DNA of 64,000 nucleotides, from contig NC_082731.1 of assembly GCF_030144855.1 (NCBI RefSeq), positions 23,312,001 to 23,376,000 on the forward strand. Reading direction: 5' to 3'. Below, piece by piece: positions 24,401-38,480 of this stretch. The DNA comes from Hypanus sabinus (lineage: Eukaryota). Positions within the stretch are counted from its first letter, which is position 1. The number at the start of each line of letters is the position of its first letter. The notes below the pieces were generated by a model. The model was not told the origin of the DNA and did no database searches. It saw only the letters and a program-made list of their open reading frames with translations. Both the position numbers and the translations under genes were made by a program.

Positions 24401-24999
24401 TTGTGCAACTCCGTTTGATTACAGTCGATCTATTTCCCCTCTCATTGATTTATCCTGTGTCCGAAGAACTTTTATTTCCCTCCTCAATTAACTAACAATC
24501 AACAGCCTTTTGTCTGCAGCAACACCTTCCACGGACTCAGCACTCTCTGGCTCAAAACATGTCGCTCTCATCAGTTTTCTAACAAGACGTCCTGCTGTTC
24601 TGGCCATCACCTTCTTGTTCTCAAGCCAAAACCTACTGGAAACATTATTTCCACATCCCCTCTGTCTAACATATTTTGAATGAAAATTCTCGAAACATTA
24701 AGAGTTAGTTTTCAGATAACGCTCAAATCCATACATTCATAAACAATGACTATACTCAGTATCTATATTGCAAGTACCCCGACAAATGAGAAATGAGATT
24801 TACACTGGCTGAGTACGAAGAGTGGAACTTTGGGAAGATGTTCATGTTTCAGGCCATATGTTTTATAGTTTAAGGACTCGATTGAGCTCCAAAGTTCATG
24901 ATTCCCTGGAAGTGCTGCCGCATATAGATATGGTAATTAATTATCTTTTAACACGGATGCCATTCAGACAAGAACATGTTTAATGGAGTCATAGAGAAG

Positions 25000-26720
25000 A
25001 ATAATGTTGAAACTGTCCATTCGGCGCATATAGTCCAAGCCTAAAAATTTACGCTACCTATTCCCAATGACGTACAACTGATACGTGTACGTTCATATCC
25101 TTACTCTCCATCTACCTGTCCATATTTCTCTAAAACTTTGGAAATAGACATAGATGTACCACTTATATTTGCATGTTATTCAACACTCTCGGAATCCTCG
25201 GAGTGAAGATATTTTTTCCAACATGCTCTCCTCATTCTTTTTACCTGTCATGCTATGACTTTTGATTGTAGTAGTAAACGGCTTCAATGGATAAATTCTA
25301 CTTGCATTTACACTTTCTATACACTTCATAATTTCGTAATCGTCCGTCAAATCTCCTGTCTTTCTGCGATGTTCTATTTAACACAGTCCTAACATATTCA
25401 ATCTTACCTTCCGCTCAATGCCCTCCAGGACGGGCAAAATTCTTGTATATTTGCTTTGCGCAGGTTCAACGTTGACTGCATTTTCCAGCAGGGATACAAT
25501 GCTCGAATTTAGGCCTTACCAATTCCTTGCACAACTTCAAGATAATATAGCACCTTCTGTACTGTAAACATTGATTTACGAAGGCCAATATGTGATATTT
25601 TTGACACCATCTTCCAGTGACGCCAATTTCAACGAATTGTGTACCCGTTTTCACAGATTCTTTTTTCTTCACCACAATCCGTAGTGCCCTGTCTTGCACT
25701 GTGTTAGACCGAAATGGCTGCACCTTCCGAAGTGTCAAACCTCTTAATTGTCTGCACTAAAATCGAACTGCTATTTTCAGCTTACTTTTCTATTTGGTGC
25801 ATATCCCTCTCCATGCCTCGATAATCTTCCTCACTGACCACTATATTCTTGGGATATCGTAAAATCTACTGATCTACTTAATCACCTTATCATCTAGATG
25901 ATAATATCGGTTACAGACAACAAAATACATTGCCACAATCCCGGCGCTACACAACTAGTCACAGGACTCCAGTCGGAGAGTCTACCCTGTACTGCTACTC
26001 TTTACCTTCTCAAACATAACCGAAATGTAGTCAACTTTCCTACATCACTCGGAGTGGCGAGAGATTGAACCTTGTTAACCATCCTCCAATGCAGGACTTT
26101 GTTAAATGGCATGCAGTACCGAGGTCCATGCAGAAAACAACCTTTGGCTCGCCTTTATTTACATTCTCGGCACATTCCATGAGAAACTATAAGACTGTTT
26201 TGATATGACTTATCAAACTCAAACGCATGCTCACCTCTACTTAGTAAGTCCGTGCCACTCTAAGTAATTAAATAGCCCATTTCGTCGAATATAGGCCAAC
26301 TAAATTCCCACAACTTCTGTGAAGATTCACCTTCTTATAAATTCCTTGTTTCCCCTCACAAGCTTTTTTAAACATAGGAGGAGCGTAGGCTAGATGTTAC
26401 TTCCCATTTTGCGACGGATATTTTAAATACCTCTGTCACGGTCTTACGGAGATTTCCCGGTAGCAACTTGAGTGGCACTGCGGATTTATTTCACCGTTTT
26501 TGCCTAAGGATTGCAAAAACCTCTGTAACTTGTTCAGTGGCTAATACGTCGATGATACTTTGCCTCACTTCGATGGACTCTGCATCTAACTGCCGAGTAG
26601 ATACAGATGCAAATAATGCATTTAAATTCTTGGTGTCTGATGTGACTGCATTCACGAATTGCTGTTCTGGCCTTACAACATTCCAATTGCATCTTTTGCA
26701 ATCAGTTTGCTCTTAACGTA
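25000..26720 (-). mobile_element. CR1 LINE ORF2, heavily decayed
   Basis: Minus pieces LKLCKELVRPKFEHC (25466-25738) and LNALFASVST at ~26600, colinear with the 27.4-29.2 kb copy. Confidence 0.65.
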
Positions 26721-27341
26721 CCTTTAAATTTTCTTTTGATTCTCCATCACTGTGTCGGGAAGAGAAAAAAAAAACTCATGCTTTGCTTTTGCCTCCCCGA
26801 TTACTCTTTTAAGGGTTCACTTGCATTTCCTGTTTTGTACAGACTGCTCATTTGTTCTTATTTCCCTATACATGCTATGAGCTTTTTTTTCTCTGTCCAG
26901 CAAGGCCTGAATATTTCTTGAAAACCAATGATACGTACACTTTTCATTTTTGACTTTTATTCTGACAGGCACATCCAAGAGCTGTATTCTAAAAATTATG
27001 GTTTGGTGACCACCCACGTACTGAGTACTGCTTTGTCAGAAAATAACATGCCCCAATCTGCACGTCCCAGATTACTTGTTAGCGCATTCAGATTTCTCAT
27101 TCTCTAATTCAGGAACGCAACTCACAGACAAGACCTACCTTTTTGATTATTATTTTAAAAGTTATGGCTTTGTGTTAACAGGATGTGAAATATTCGCCTA
27201 CATATTTTTTGTCACCTGCAATGTCTCATTCCATAACAGCAGACGCAGTATTGCACTCTCATCCTTGTGGACTTCCAATTGCTGATGAAAAAAAATATAT
27301 ATATATATCCTGCACATTTGACCAATTGTATCCCATCTAGG

Positions 27342-30300
27342 CAATAGACAATAGACAATAGGTGCAGAAGTAGCCCATTCGGCCCCTCGAGTCAGCACCT
27401 CCATTCTGAGAACATGGCTGATCATTCACTATCAATACCCAGTCCCTGCCTTGTCCCCATATACCTTGATACCCCTATCCATCAAATATCTATCTAGCTC
27501 CTTCTTGAAAGCATCCAGAGAATTGGCCTCCACCGTCTTAGGAGGCAGTGCATTCCACGCCTCCACAACTCTCTGGGAGAAGAAGTTGTTCCTCAACTCT
27601 GTTTTAAATAACTGACCTCTTATTCTCAATCCATGCCCTCTGGTACTGGACTCTCCCAACATCTGGAACATATTTCCTGCCTCAGTCCTATCAAATCATT
27701 TAATTATCTTAAACGTTTCAATCAGATACCCTCTCAATCTCCTCAATTCCAGTGTGTACAAGCCCAATCTCTCCAATCTCTCTGCGTAAGACAGCCCTGC
27801 CTTCCCAGGAATCAACCTACGCTGCATTTCATCAATTGCCAGAATGTCCTTCCTTAAACCTGGAGACCAAAACTGTACACAGTATTCCAGGTGTGGTCTC
27901 ACCAGGGCCTTGTCCAAATGCAAAAGGACATCCTTGTTCTTGTACTCAATTCTCCTTGTAATAAAGGCCAACATTCCATTTGCCCTCTTCACTGCCTGTT
28001 GCAATTGCTCATTCACCTTCATTGACTGATGAACTAGGACTCCCAGGTCTCTTTGCATGTCTCCCTGACCTAACTCTAGACCGTTCAGACAATACTCTGC
28101 CCTCTTGTTCCTGCTTCCAAAGTGGATAACTTCACATTTATTCACATTGAATGACATCTGCCAAGTATCTGCCCACTCACCCAGCCTATCCAAGTCTCCC
28201 TGTATTCTCCTAACGTCCTCTTCGCATGTCACACTGCCACCCAGTTTAGTATCGTCAGCAAACTTGTTGATATAGTTTTCAATGCCCTCATCTAAATCGT
28301 TGACATAAATCGTAAAGAGCTGTGCTCCCAATACAGAGCCCCGTGGTACCCCACTAGTCACCTCCAGCCAGTCCGAGAAACACCCATTCACTGCTACCCT
28401 TTGCTTTCTATCTGCCAGCCAGTTTTCTATCCATGTTGAAACCCTGCCCCCAATGCCATGAGCTCTGGTTTTACTAACCAATCTCCTATGTGGCACCTTA
28501 TCGAATGCCTTCTGAAAATCTATGTACACCACATCCACTGGCTTACCCTCGTCTAACATGCTTGTTAAACCCTCCAAAAACTCCAACAGATTAGTCAAGC
28601 ATAATTTGCCCTTGGTAAATCCATGCTGGCTCGGCCTAATCCTATTACTGCCATCAAGATATGCCACTATTTCGTCCTTAATAATTGACACAAGCATCTT
28701 ACCCACGACTGACGTTAGGCTAACTGGGCGATAGTTCTCCGTTTTCTCCTTCCATCCCTTCTTGAAAAGTGGGATAACATTAGCCACTCTCCAATCTTCA
28801 GGAACTGATCCTGAATCTAATGAACATTGGAAAATGATTACTAATGCATCCGCAATTTCCTGAGCCACCTATTTTAGACCCCTAGGATGCAGACCATGTG
28901 GACCCGGAGATTTATTAGCCTTCAGTCCTATCAATCTACTAATCACAGTTTCTTTCCTAATGTCAATCTGTTTCAATTCCTCTGATATCTTATGACCCTG
29001 GCCCATCCATACCTCTGGGAGATTGCTTGTGGCCTCCCTGGTGAAGACAGTTCTAAAGTACGCATTAAATTCTGTTGCCATTTCCCTGTTTCCCATAACA
29101 ATTTCTCCCAATTCATTCTTCAAGGGGCCAACATTGTTCTTAACTATCTTCTTTCTCTTCACATAGCTAAAAATATTTTGCTATCCCCTTTTATATTCCT
29201 GGCAAGACTGAGTTCATACCTGATTTTTTCTCTCCGTATTGCTTTTTTAGTTAAGGTCTGCTGTTCCTTAAAACTTTCCCAATCATCTGTATTCCCACTC
29301 ATCATAGCCCTGTCACTCTTCTTTTTCTTTAATGCTATACAATCTCTGACTTTGTCAAACACTGTGGCCCCTTCCCCCTCTTTGAATCCTTCCTTCTCAT
29401 TGGAATGAAATGCTTTTGCATCTTTTGTATTATCCCCAAGAATATCTGCCACTACTGATCCACTGTTTTTCCTACCAGGGCATCCGCCCATTTAACTTTG
29501 GCCAGATCTTCCCTCATGGCTCCGTAGTCTCCTTTATTTAATTGCAACACTGACACCTCTGATCTGCCCTTATCCCTCTCAAATTGTAGATAAAATCTTG
29601 TCATGTTATGATCACTAGTTCCTAATGGCTCCTTTACTTCAAGATCACTTATCAATTCCTGTTCATTGCACATCACCAAGTCCAAAATAGCCTCGTACCT
29701 GGTTGGCTCAAGCACAAGCTGTTCCAAAAATACATCCCTTAGATACTCCACAAACTCCCTATTCTGGGGTCCAGCACCTACCTGATTCTCCCAGTTCACC
29801 TGCATATTGAAATCTCCCATACCGACTGCATTACCTTTAGCACATGCCAATGCTAACTCCCTAATCAACTTGTACCCAATATCCACGCTACTGTTTGGGG
29901 GCCTGAACACAACACCCATTAGGGTCTTTTTACACTTAGTGTTCCTCAGCTCAATCCACACAGACTCTCCTTCCCCTGTTTCTAAGCCACCCCTTCCTAA
30001 GGACTGAATCTCATTCCTTACCAACAGGGCCACCCCACACCCTCTTCCCATATTTCTGCCTCTACGACAGCATGTATACCCTGGCACACTCAATTCCCAG
30101 GCCTGATCCCCTTGCAGCCATGTCTCCGTTATCCCAACAATATCGTAGTTCCCCATTTTCATCTGAGCCTCAAGCTCATCTGTCTTATTTCTGACACTAC
30201 GCGCATTCAAGTATAGAATTCTTAGCCCATTCCTCCTCACTTTGCTTAAAACACTGTCTATTGTACCTAACCCAGCTCCTTGAACTTCCATCGGGCTAAT

Positions 30301-30820
30301 TGCACCTTGAATTTTGATGACCTTCACAAGATCACCCAAACCTTCTACACATTTACCCCCATGCTCCTTCTGACCAAACATCTGTACATGTAACTTTTCC
30401 AACACATGTTCTGTCTCACCTTTCTCCTTTACACAATTAATATTTTGGAAACGTGTATTCCCCACCTGTCCTTTATCCTTCATCATATCATCTTTTCTCG
30501 TATTCTGGATCCCTGCCCCCTGCACATCTAGTTGAAACCCCCCCCCCCCCCGAGCAGCACTGGCAAACATTCCTGCAAGAACGTTAGTACCTCTCCAGTT
30601 CATATGTAGACCGTCCTTTCGAAACTGATCCCAACGTACCTGGAACAAAGACCAATTATCCAAAAACCTGAACCCTTCCTTCATGCTCTCATGAACATGC
30701 TCTCAGCCTCGTATTAATGTGCATAATCATTCTATTCTTCGCCTCACTCGCACGTGGCACAGGTAGCAATCCCGAGATTGTCACCCTGGAGGTCCTGCCT
30801 TTCAGCTTCACTCTTAACAT
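27342..30820 (-). mobile_element. Young CR1 LINE, 5'-truncated in ORF1; nearly complete ORF2 (APE endonuclease + RT)
   Basis: EN motifs LYLNARS, ITETWL, GDFN and SDH (30684-29452). RT motifs NYRPVSLTS, QHGFTKGK, DFQKAFDKVPH, GVPRGSVLG and KFADD (28868-27696). Only a few breaks; (ACAATAG)n tail at 27342-27361. Confidence 0.95.
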
Positions 30821-31659
30821 CTAGTCCTTTTTTAGATTGGGATTGCCTGTCTATAAGTGGGATGTAAAATCAACTACTCTAATAAACTTAAGATTATTGC
30901 ACCAGGTTGCGTTTTATTTTAAAATTTCTTCCAATGCATTCTGAGGAGAGTTGGGTGGCCTGTAATGTAGCCCATTCACGTGGTCATATTTATCTTGATT
31001 CACCGTTCCGCACATAACGCCTCAGTGCTCGGATTCTCCAATCTGTCCTGAAGAACCGCTGAAGTAATGTCTTCCCCGACTAATAATGCCACCCCTCCTT
31101 CTCTAATAGCTCGCACTCCTTCAGATCCAAATCACAGGAACGCCAGAATACTGAGCTGCCTGTCATGTTCCTCCGGTTACCAAGTCTCGCACATGGCTAC
31201 ATCTTCACAATTCTAGATGTTATCAATGTCTACAGTTACACAATTCGCATATGGCGACTAAATCACAGAAGCTGAAGTTCATTGACCTTTCCTACGATAC
31301 TCCTCAAGACAGTGCTATGTTCTAACTTTGATTCCTGACTTTGTCTGAGCTCTTGCAACATCTGATTCAACAATCACTCCACTGTATTGGCCTTTCCCAT
31401 GCAACCATGGTTTATACCCACGTGCATCGTTTATAGGCATTCCCGCTAGGATATAGACCTTCAGTAGTTCTATTGCAAACCGTTCAGTGCAAGCCCTTAT
31501 TGTCAGGTCTCACCTGTCCCTTCTGTACAGGTTCATTTTCCTTGAAGAATGAACTCAGATATCCGAAAATCTTATGCAATCGGACCTACAGCAACTCCTC
31601 ACCAATCTATTAAATTGTTGAATCTTCGTTGCTCTGTTTTCAGTTGTATCTGTCTGAGA

Positions 31660-32490
31660 TGAGGCTGACTACAACGCTCCGGTGGGAAACTTTGTCACAT
31701 GTTGTGAGCAGAATTATCTGCAGCTCAATGTGAAAAAGACTAAGGAGCTAGTGGTGGACCTGAGGAGAGCTAAGTCACCGGTGACCACTGTTTCCATCCA
31801 ATTGGGCAGTGTAGACATGGTGGAGGATTAGAAACACCTGGGGATACGAATTGACTATAATCTAATTGTTCAAGGGACACTGAGGTTGTCTCCAAGAAGG
31901 TTCGGAGCAGTCTCTAATTCCTGAGGAGACTGAGTTCCTTTAACATCTGCCGGACGATGATGAGGATGTTCTACGGCTCTGTGGTGGCCAGTGCAATCAT
32001 GTTTGCTGTTGAGTGCTGGGGCAGCAGGCTGAGGGTAACAGACACCAACAGGATCAACAAACTCTTTCGTAAGGGCAGTGATGCTGTGTATGTGGAACTG
32101 GACTTTCTGGTTGTGTCTGAAAAGAGGATGCTGTCCAAGTTTCATGCCATTTTGGACAATGTCTCCCATACTCTACATAATGTACTGGTTAGGCAGAGGA
32201 GTATATTCAGCCAGAGACTCATTCAACCGAGAGGCAACACTGAACGTGATAGGAAGTCATTGCTACCTGTGGCCATCAAATTTTACCTGTACCTGTGTAC
32301 CTGTGGACACTCCCTAGAAGTGTCAGACAACCTGAGCCAATAGGCTGGTTCTGGACTAATTACCACTGGGCATAATTTACCTATTATTATTTAATTGTTT
32401 ATGTATTTTATATTGCTATATTTCTACACTATCCTTGGTTGGTGCGACTGTAACGAACCCCAAATTCCCTCGTGAGCAATAAAGCATGTC
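31660..32490 (+). mobile_element. Rex1/Babar-type LINE, 3' end
   Basis: NYLQLNVKKTKELVVDLRR and MMRMFYGSVVASAIMFAVECWGS...SLLPVAIKFY (ORF 31957-32343). Confidence 0.8.
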
Positions 32491-32629
32491 TGTCTGCTAG
32501 TCTGTCTGTCTCTGGCACTTGTCGCAATACTGAGATCACAGCCTCGGGAGTCGCATTTTAATCTGGCACCTAATACACTGACCTCCCTAAAACCTTGTCT
32601 TCAGTCCTACCCATGTCTTTGGTGCATCC

Positions 32630-33200
32630 ATGAACCTCGTCATCCGGCCTTTTCAGGCTCCCATTTAAGAAAGTTGATGTTCCGAGATACGCAGACCTCA
32701 TGAGACGCAGCATGCCAAATTGAAATTTTGTTCGCGACAACCGAAGTGATTGTACGTTTCCGTAACCAATTATTTCTCGCTAAAGTGAGACTCTTCCTCC
32801 TAAGACCACCCCCTGACCCCCCACACCCCATCTTTGCTGCTGATTATCAGGGTCAGACAGTGCCAGATAGTTTGAAATCTTTCTGTTATGTCAATTCCCC
32901 AAATGTATCCAAATAGAAATACCTGTTGTTGAGGTGGATGTCCACAGTAGGAATTTGAGCTGACTCTTATAACATGTTCCTCCTGTCTATCACACACGTT
33001 TCTGTGTCCTTCACAATGAGTGTAACTACCCCTCAATTTTTTCCCAAGTATAGCCTTCAGCATCCCGTTTCGGAGTTCCAATAATTCTTGCTCTTAATCC
33101 TTAACGCCAAATCTTTCAAGATGCATCTGGATACACCTTTCCAATCTCTTGTTTAGAGGAACACTGGGCATCTCCCAGCTTTCCTACATCCAGCAATAGG
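32630..33200 (-). mobile_element. Probable RTE-type LINE endonuclease relic
   Basis: Minus reading NNWLRKRTITSVVANKISIWHAAS resembles the decayed N-x-F...TW-x-HP-x-S block of RTE endonucleases. Weak. Confidence 0.35.
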
Positions 33201-33679
33201 TGCATTCAACTATCCAGTCTGGCATCACTACTCACCGAACTTATCAGATATGCAGACGGAATGGAAGAAAATGACACAGGCATGTTTTTTTTTTCCCTTT
33301 ATTTTCTCGGACAGAGTCATTCGCCGATGAAGCCTTGAATAGCTGAGGCCTCAATATTGCCACTTCGACCCTGGGCTCCCAGACACGGCCATAACGACGA
33401 CGATAAGTTTCCTTGCCTTCCATCAGGTTGCTTAAGCTGATGAATCACATTCGGGGATTGGTCTATGTCCGAATGTCTATTGCACCGTCGCTATCTGTTG
33501 TCGTTGTTGTTGTTTTTTTTCTCTCTCTCTGCAGGGGCCGTGGAGTTTAATGAATTAACTTTTTCTCAAACGCCCGATGTCCGTGTTGGGGGCGGGATCA
33601 AGTTGCATTATAGCAAGTTGGAATGCGAATGTCTAGATTTATAATGTGTTTGTGAATCCGCATTTGGATAATTAAGTTC

Positions 33680-34265
33680 ATTTCTGTAATTATTCTATTC
33701 ATAGATGGAAAAACATTATTAAGCTGTACCCCCTGTATCTGTTCAAAGCTACTACATACATAAAATATATATACTTGTTTGAATTCCCCCTACCTTCAAT
33801 GGAAAAAAGCCTTTCCACGTCAACTCCATCTATCCCCCTCATAATTTTAATTACCTCTATCAAGTTCCCACTCAACCTTCTACGCTCTAAAGAATAAAGA
33901 CCTAACTTGTTCAACCTCTCTCTGTAACATAGCTGCTGAAACCCAGGTAACATTCTCGTAATTCTTCTCTGTACTCTCTCTATTTTGCTGACATCTTAAC
34001 TATAATTCGGTGACCAGAACAGTACACAATACTCCAAATTCGGCCTTGCCAACACCTTGTACAATTTTAACATTACATCCCAACTCCTATACTCAGTGCT
34101 CCGATTTATAAAGTGCAGCATACCAAAAGCTTTCTTCACCACCCTATCCACATGAGATTCCACCTTCAGGGAACTATGCACCATAACTCCTGGATCACAC
34201 TTTTCTACTGCATTCTTCAATGCCGTACAATTTACCATGTATGTCCTATTTGTATTAATCCAACC
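33680..34265 (-). mobile_element. CR1 LINE 3' end
   Basis: ORFs 33996-34238 (LYKVLARPNLEYCVLFWSP) and 33699-33953 (GLYSLERRRL). Confidence 0.85.
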
Positions 34266-34930
34266 AAAATCTAGTTTAAGTCCACTGGAGTCTCTCTAGC
34301 AAACTTACATGCAAGAATATTTGTCCTCCTCCAGTTGAGATGTAAACCGTCCCGCCGGTACAGGACCGCCTACCCTGTAAAACTGCCCTATTATCTATAA
34401 ATCTGAAGCCCTCCTTCCTGCACAATGTCTTCGGCCAAGTGTTGTTCAGCACTATCTTACTATTTCTAAACCCCCCTGCACGTGGCACTGGTAGCAATCC
34501 TGATATTGCTATCTTGGAGGTCTTGTCCTTTAACTTGGCTCCAAGCTCCCTAAACTCACCTTTCAGGACCTCTTCACTTTTTGTACCAATGTCATTGGTC
34601 CCTACATGGACCACGACATTCGGCTGCTCACCCTTCCTCTTTGGAATACTGAGAACGCGATCCGCGACATTGCGGAACCTGGCAGTAGTGAAGCAACAGA
34701 CCATCCGGGATTCTCGATCTTTCCACAGAAGCTCCTATCTGTCCCGCTAACTATCTAATCCCCTATCACTACTGCTCTCCTCTTTTCCCTCCATCCCTTC
34801 TGAGCTGAGTGTCCAGTCTCGGTGTCAGAGACGCAAACACTGCAACTAGTCCCTGGTAGGTCGTCCCCACCAACAGTGTCAAAAACGGTATACTTATTGT
34901 TGATGGGAACGGCCTCCATGTGCCTCGAAA
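34266..34930 (-). mobile_element. CR1 LINE ORF1, SGNH/GDSL esterase-like domain
   Basis: ORF 34276-34704 contains VVVHVGTNDIG and ISGLLPVPRA. The homologous frame ends NWRRTNILACKFARETPVDLN* (TAG at 34271-34273). Confidence 0.85.
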
Positions 34931-35794
34931 CCACATCCTTATGAGTGGGTCCAATAAATTCCCATCAACTCTGGTTACCTTTAATATCCTTCTTTCTGAC
35001 TGTCTCCATTTTGAATAGTTGTGTGACTTCTGAATCTTTCCAGTCTTTCGGAACCATGCCAGAATCAATTGATTCTTGTAGTTCATAATTATTTCCGCAA
35101 GAATCTCTTCAGTCAGTTATTACAGAAAACTTCTGTGTATATTAAGTGGTGCAGGTGACCTATCTATCTTCAGATGTTTCAATGTCACAAGAAACATCAA
35201 TCCAGTCATTGCAACTTCCCATAATTCTGCTGCCGACGCAGTCAGACTTCCAGCATACTTTAAGTATCTTCCACAGAGAAGAATGATAGAAAATACTGAT
35301 TCAGTTCATTTCCTGTGCACGCCATTTTTTTTCCTCTCCAGCGTTATTTTCCGGCTGTCCGATATCCAGTCCGTCATCTCTTACATGTCCACTCTCACAT
35401 CTCCTTTGCTCTTTATCTGCGTGAAGGAAAACATTTGGTGTACTTTTTAATGATATGGCTAGATCCCTTTTTATCCCATATTTTCTTTCATATGTTTGAA
35501 CTACCGTCTGCTGTATTTTTAAGTCTTTCCAATCCTTCAACCCCCTTTTTTCTTGTGTACTATTACATGCTGTCTGTGGCGTTAATGTTGGATTTGAATG
35601 CCCTTGATAGATTCCGCAATTCGATTATATTGTCATCCACTGCTTCCTATAGTTGTAGACAACCATGCTCTGCCGTCATCCCTGCCAGTGATAATAGCCA
35701 TTCAATGTTGACCAGTTCTGCACTCATGCCCCTGTACACTGCTTCCGCCACTGTAATAATAACACTTCTGGCTCCAGCATTCCCTTCTCAAATT

Positions 35795-38040
35795 TCATAA
35801 GACCATAAGACAACGGAGCAGAAGTGGGCCATTCAGCCCATCGAGACTGCTCCGACATTTAATCATGAGCTGATCCAATCTCCCCTTTAGCCAAATTACC
35901 CCTGCCTTCTCACCATAACCTTTTCTGCCCTGGCTACTGAGATACCTGTCGATCACTGTCTTAAATACACCCAATGACTTGACCTCCACTACCGCACGCA
36001 GCGACAAATTCCATAGATTTACCACCCAGTAGCTAAAAAAATCAATCGCATCTCTGTTCTGAATGGGCGCCCTGCAATCCTCAAGTCATGTCCTCTCGTA
36101 CTAGACTCCCCCACCATGGGAAATAATTTTGCCGCATCCGCTGTATCCATGCCTTTCAACTTTCGAAATTTTCTATGAGGACCCCCCTCATTCTTCTAAA
36201 ATCCAAGGAGTACAGTCCAAGAGTGGTCAAACGTTCCTCATATGTTAACTCTCTCATTCCTGGAATCATTCTTGTGAATCTTCTTTGAACCCTCTCCAAT
36301 GACAGCACATCCTTTTCTTTACATAAATAAAACACCAAAATCTGCACACAGTATTCCAAGTGAGGTCTTACCAGTGCCTTATAGAGCCTCAGAATCACAT
36401 CCCTGCTCCTTTACTCTAATCTTCTAGAAATGAACGCCAACATTGCATTCACTTTCTTAACCATCAACTCAACCTGGAGGTTAACCTTAAGTGTATCCTA
36501 TACGAGGTCTCCCAAATCCTGTTGTATCTCAGAACATTGAATTCTCTCCCCATTTAAATAATAATCTGCCCGTTTATATATTCTACCAAAGTGCATGACA
36601 GTACACTTTCCAACATTATAATTCATTTGCCACTTCTGTGCCCATTCTCCTAATCTATCTAAGTCTCTCTGCAGACTCTCAGCACTACCATCAACTCCAC
36701 ATATCCTTATATGGTAAGCAACTTTGCCACAAATACATCTGTTCCATGATCAAAATCGTTGATATACAACGTGAAAAGAAGCGGCCTCAACAAGGACCCT
36801 TGTGGAGCATCACTAGTAATGAGCAGCCAACCTGAATAGGATCCCTTTATTCAAACTCTCTGTTTCCTGTCTATCAGCCAACGCTCTATCCAGGTATGCA
36901 ACTTCCCCGTAGTTCCATGGGCTCTTATCTTGTTTAGCAGATTATGTGCGGCACTTTGACAAAGGAATTCTGAATATCCAAATACACAATATCCACTGCA
37001 TCTCCTTTGTCTAGCCTACTTGTAATTTCCTCAAATATTTGCACTAGGTTTGTCAGTCAGGATTTTCCTTTAAGGAAACCATGCTGAGTTCTGCCTATCT
37101 TATCATATGCCTCCAGGTACTCCGTAACCTCATCTTTGACAATCGACTCCAACAACTTCCCAACCACCGATGTCAAGCTAACAGGTTTATACTTAACTTT
37201 TTGCTTCCTTGCTCCTTTCTTAATTAGCGGAGTGACATACCTGTCCTCCGTAACCAGACCAGAATCTATCACTTTTGAAAGAACATTGCTAATGCCTCCG
37301 CAGTCTCCACTGCTGCTTGCTTCAGAACACAAGGGTGCATTCCATCTGGACCAGGATATTTATCTACCCTTAGACTATTTAGCTTTCTGACTACTTTCTC
37401 TGCCGTAAATGTGACTGCACATATTCCTCTCCCCTGACAACCCTGAATGTCAAGTATATTGCAGATGTCTTTCTCAGTGAAGACTAATGCAAAATACTAG
37501 TTCATTTCCTCCGCCATCTTCGTTCGTCCCATTACAATTTTTCCGGCATCATTTTCTATCGTTCCTGTATCTTCTCTCACCTGTCTTTTTCTCGTTACGT
37601 ATTAAAAAAAGTTTTTAATGTCCTCTTTGATATTATTTGTTATCTTCCTTTCATAGTTCATCTTTTACCATGTGATGACTTTCATAGTTTCCTTTTGCAA
37701 GCTTTAAAATCTTCCCAATCCACTGTCTTCCCACTAATTTTTGCTTCCATGTATGCCCTCTGCTTTGCTTTTACTCTGGCTTTGACTTCTCTTGTCAGCC
37801 ACGGTTTTATCCTTCTCCAATCGAAAATTTCTTCTTCTTTGGAATATATCTGTCTTGCACCTTCCTCACTTCCCGCATAAACTCCAGCCACTGTTGGTCT
37901 GCCGTCCGACCCTTTCCAGTCAAACTTGGGCGTTCCTCTCTCATGCCACTGTAATTTCCTTTAGGCCACTGAAATACCAACACATCGGATTTCGGCTTCT
38001 CTTTCTCAAATTTCACAGTGTACCCAATCATGCTCAATCA
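35795..38040 (-). mobile_element. CR1 LINE ORF2 (RT) with deletions, plus 3' tail
   Basis: YKPVSLTSVVGKLLES...QHGFLKGKS (37057-37332), LYKALVRPHLEYC (36156-36398), and ataagacc tail repeats near 35797-35812. Confidence 0.85.
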
Positions 38041-38480
38041 ATAACAATCTGAAAGATCCCGCCATCATGGACATTTACACAACACGCTGTATCCGAAAAG
38101 GAACCAGCATTATGAAGGACCGCATGCACCCCTCATACATTCTCTTCCCACTCCTGCCGGCTGGGAAAAGGCTTCGAACCATTCGGGCTCACACGACCAG
38201 ACTATATAACAGTTTCTTCCACCAAGCTAACAGTTTGCTCATTACACAAAGCCTGGACTGACACCTTGCCCTCATAATGCCTGCACTGCTCTTGTGCACT
38301 TTATGCCGTCCTGTGCAGGTCTGTAGTCCAGTGTGGCTTTCTTTCTTCTTTTTTTTTTAAACGTAGTTCAGTCTAGTTTTTGTATTGCATCATGTAACAA
38401 CATGGTCCTGATAAAATGTTGTCTCATTTCAACTATATACTGTACCAGCAGTTGTGGTCTAAATGACAATAACAGTGATT
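38040..38480 (+). mobile_element. Rex1/Babar-type LINE 3' end
   Basis: ORF 38067-38261: IYTTRCIRKGTSIMKDRMHPSYILFPLLPAGKRLRTIRAHTTRLYNSFF. Confidence 0.7.

Noticed and set aside
25697-25703. CACTGTG heptamer
   Set aside because: It lies inside a CR1 fragment, with no nonamer at 12 or 23 nt.
26727-26754. J-type RSS candidate (aattttctt, 12 nt, CACTGTG)
   Set aside because: The nonamer matches only 5 of 9, and no FGXG-coding sequence or donor follows.
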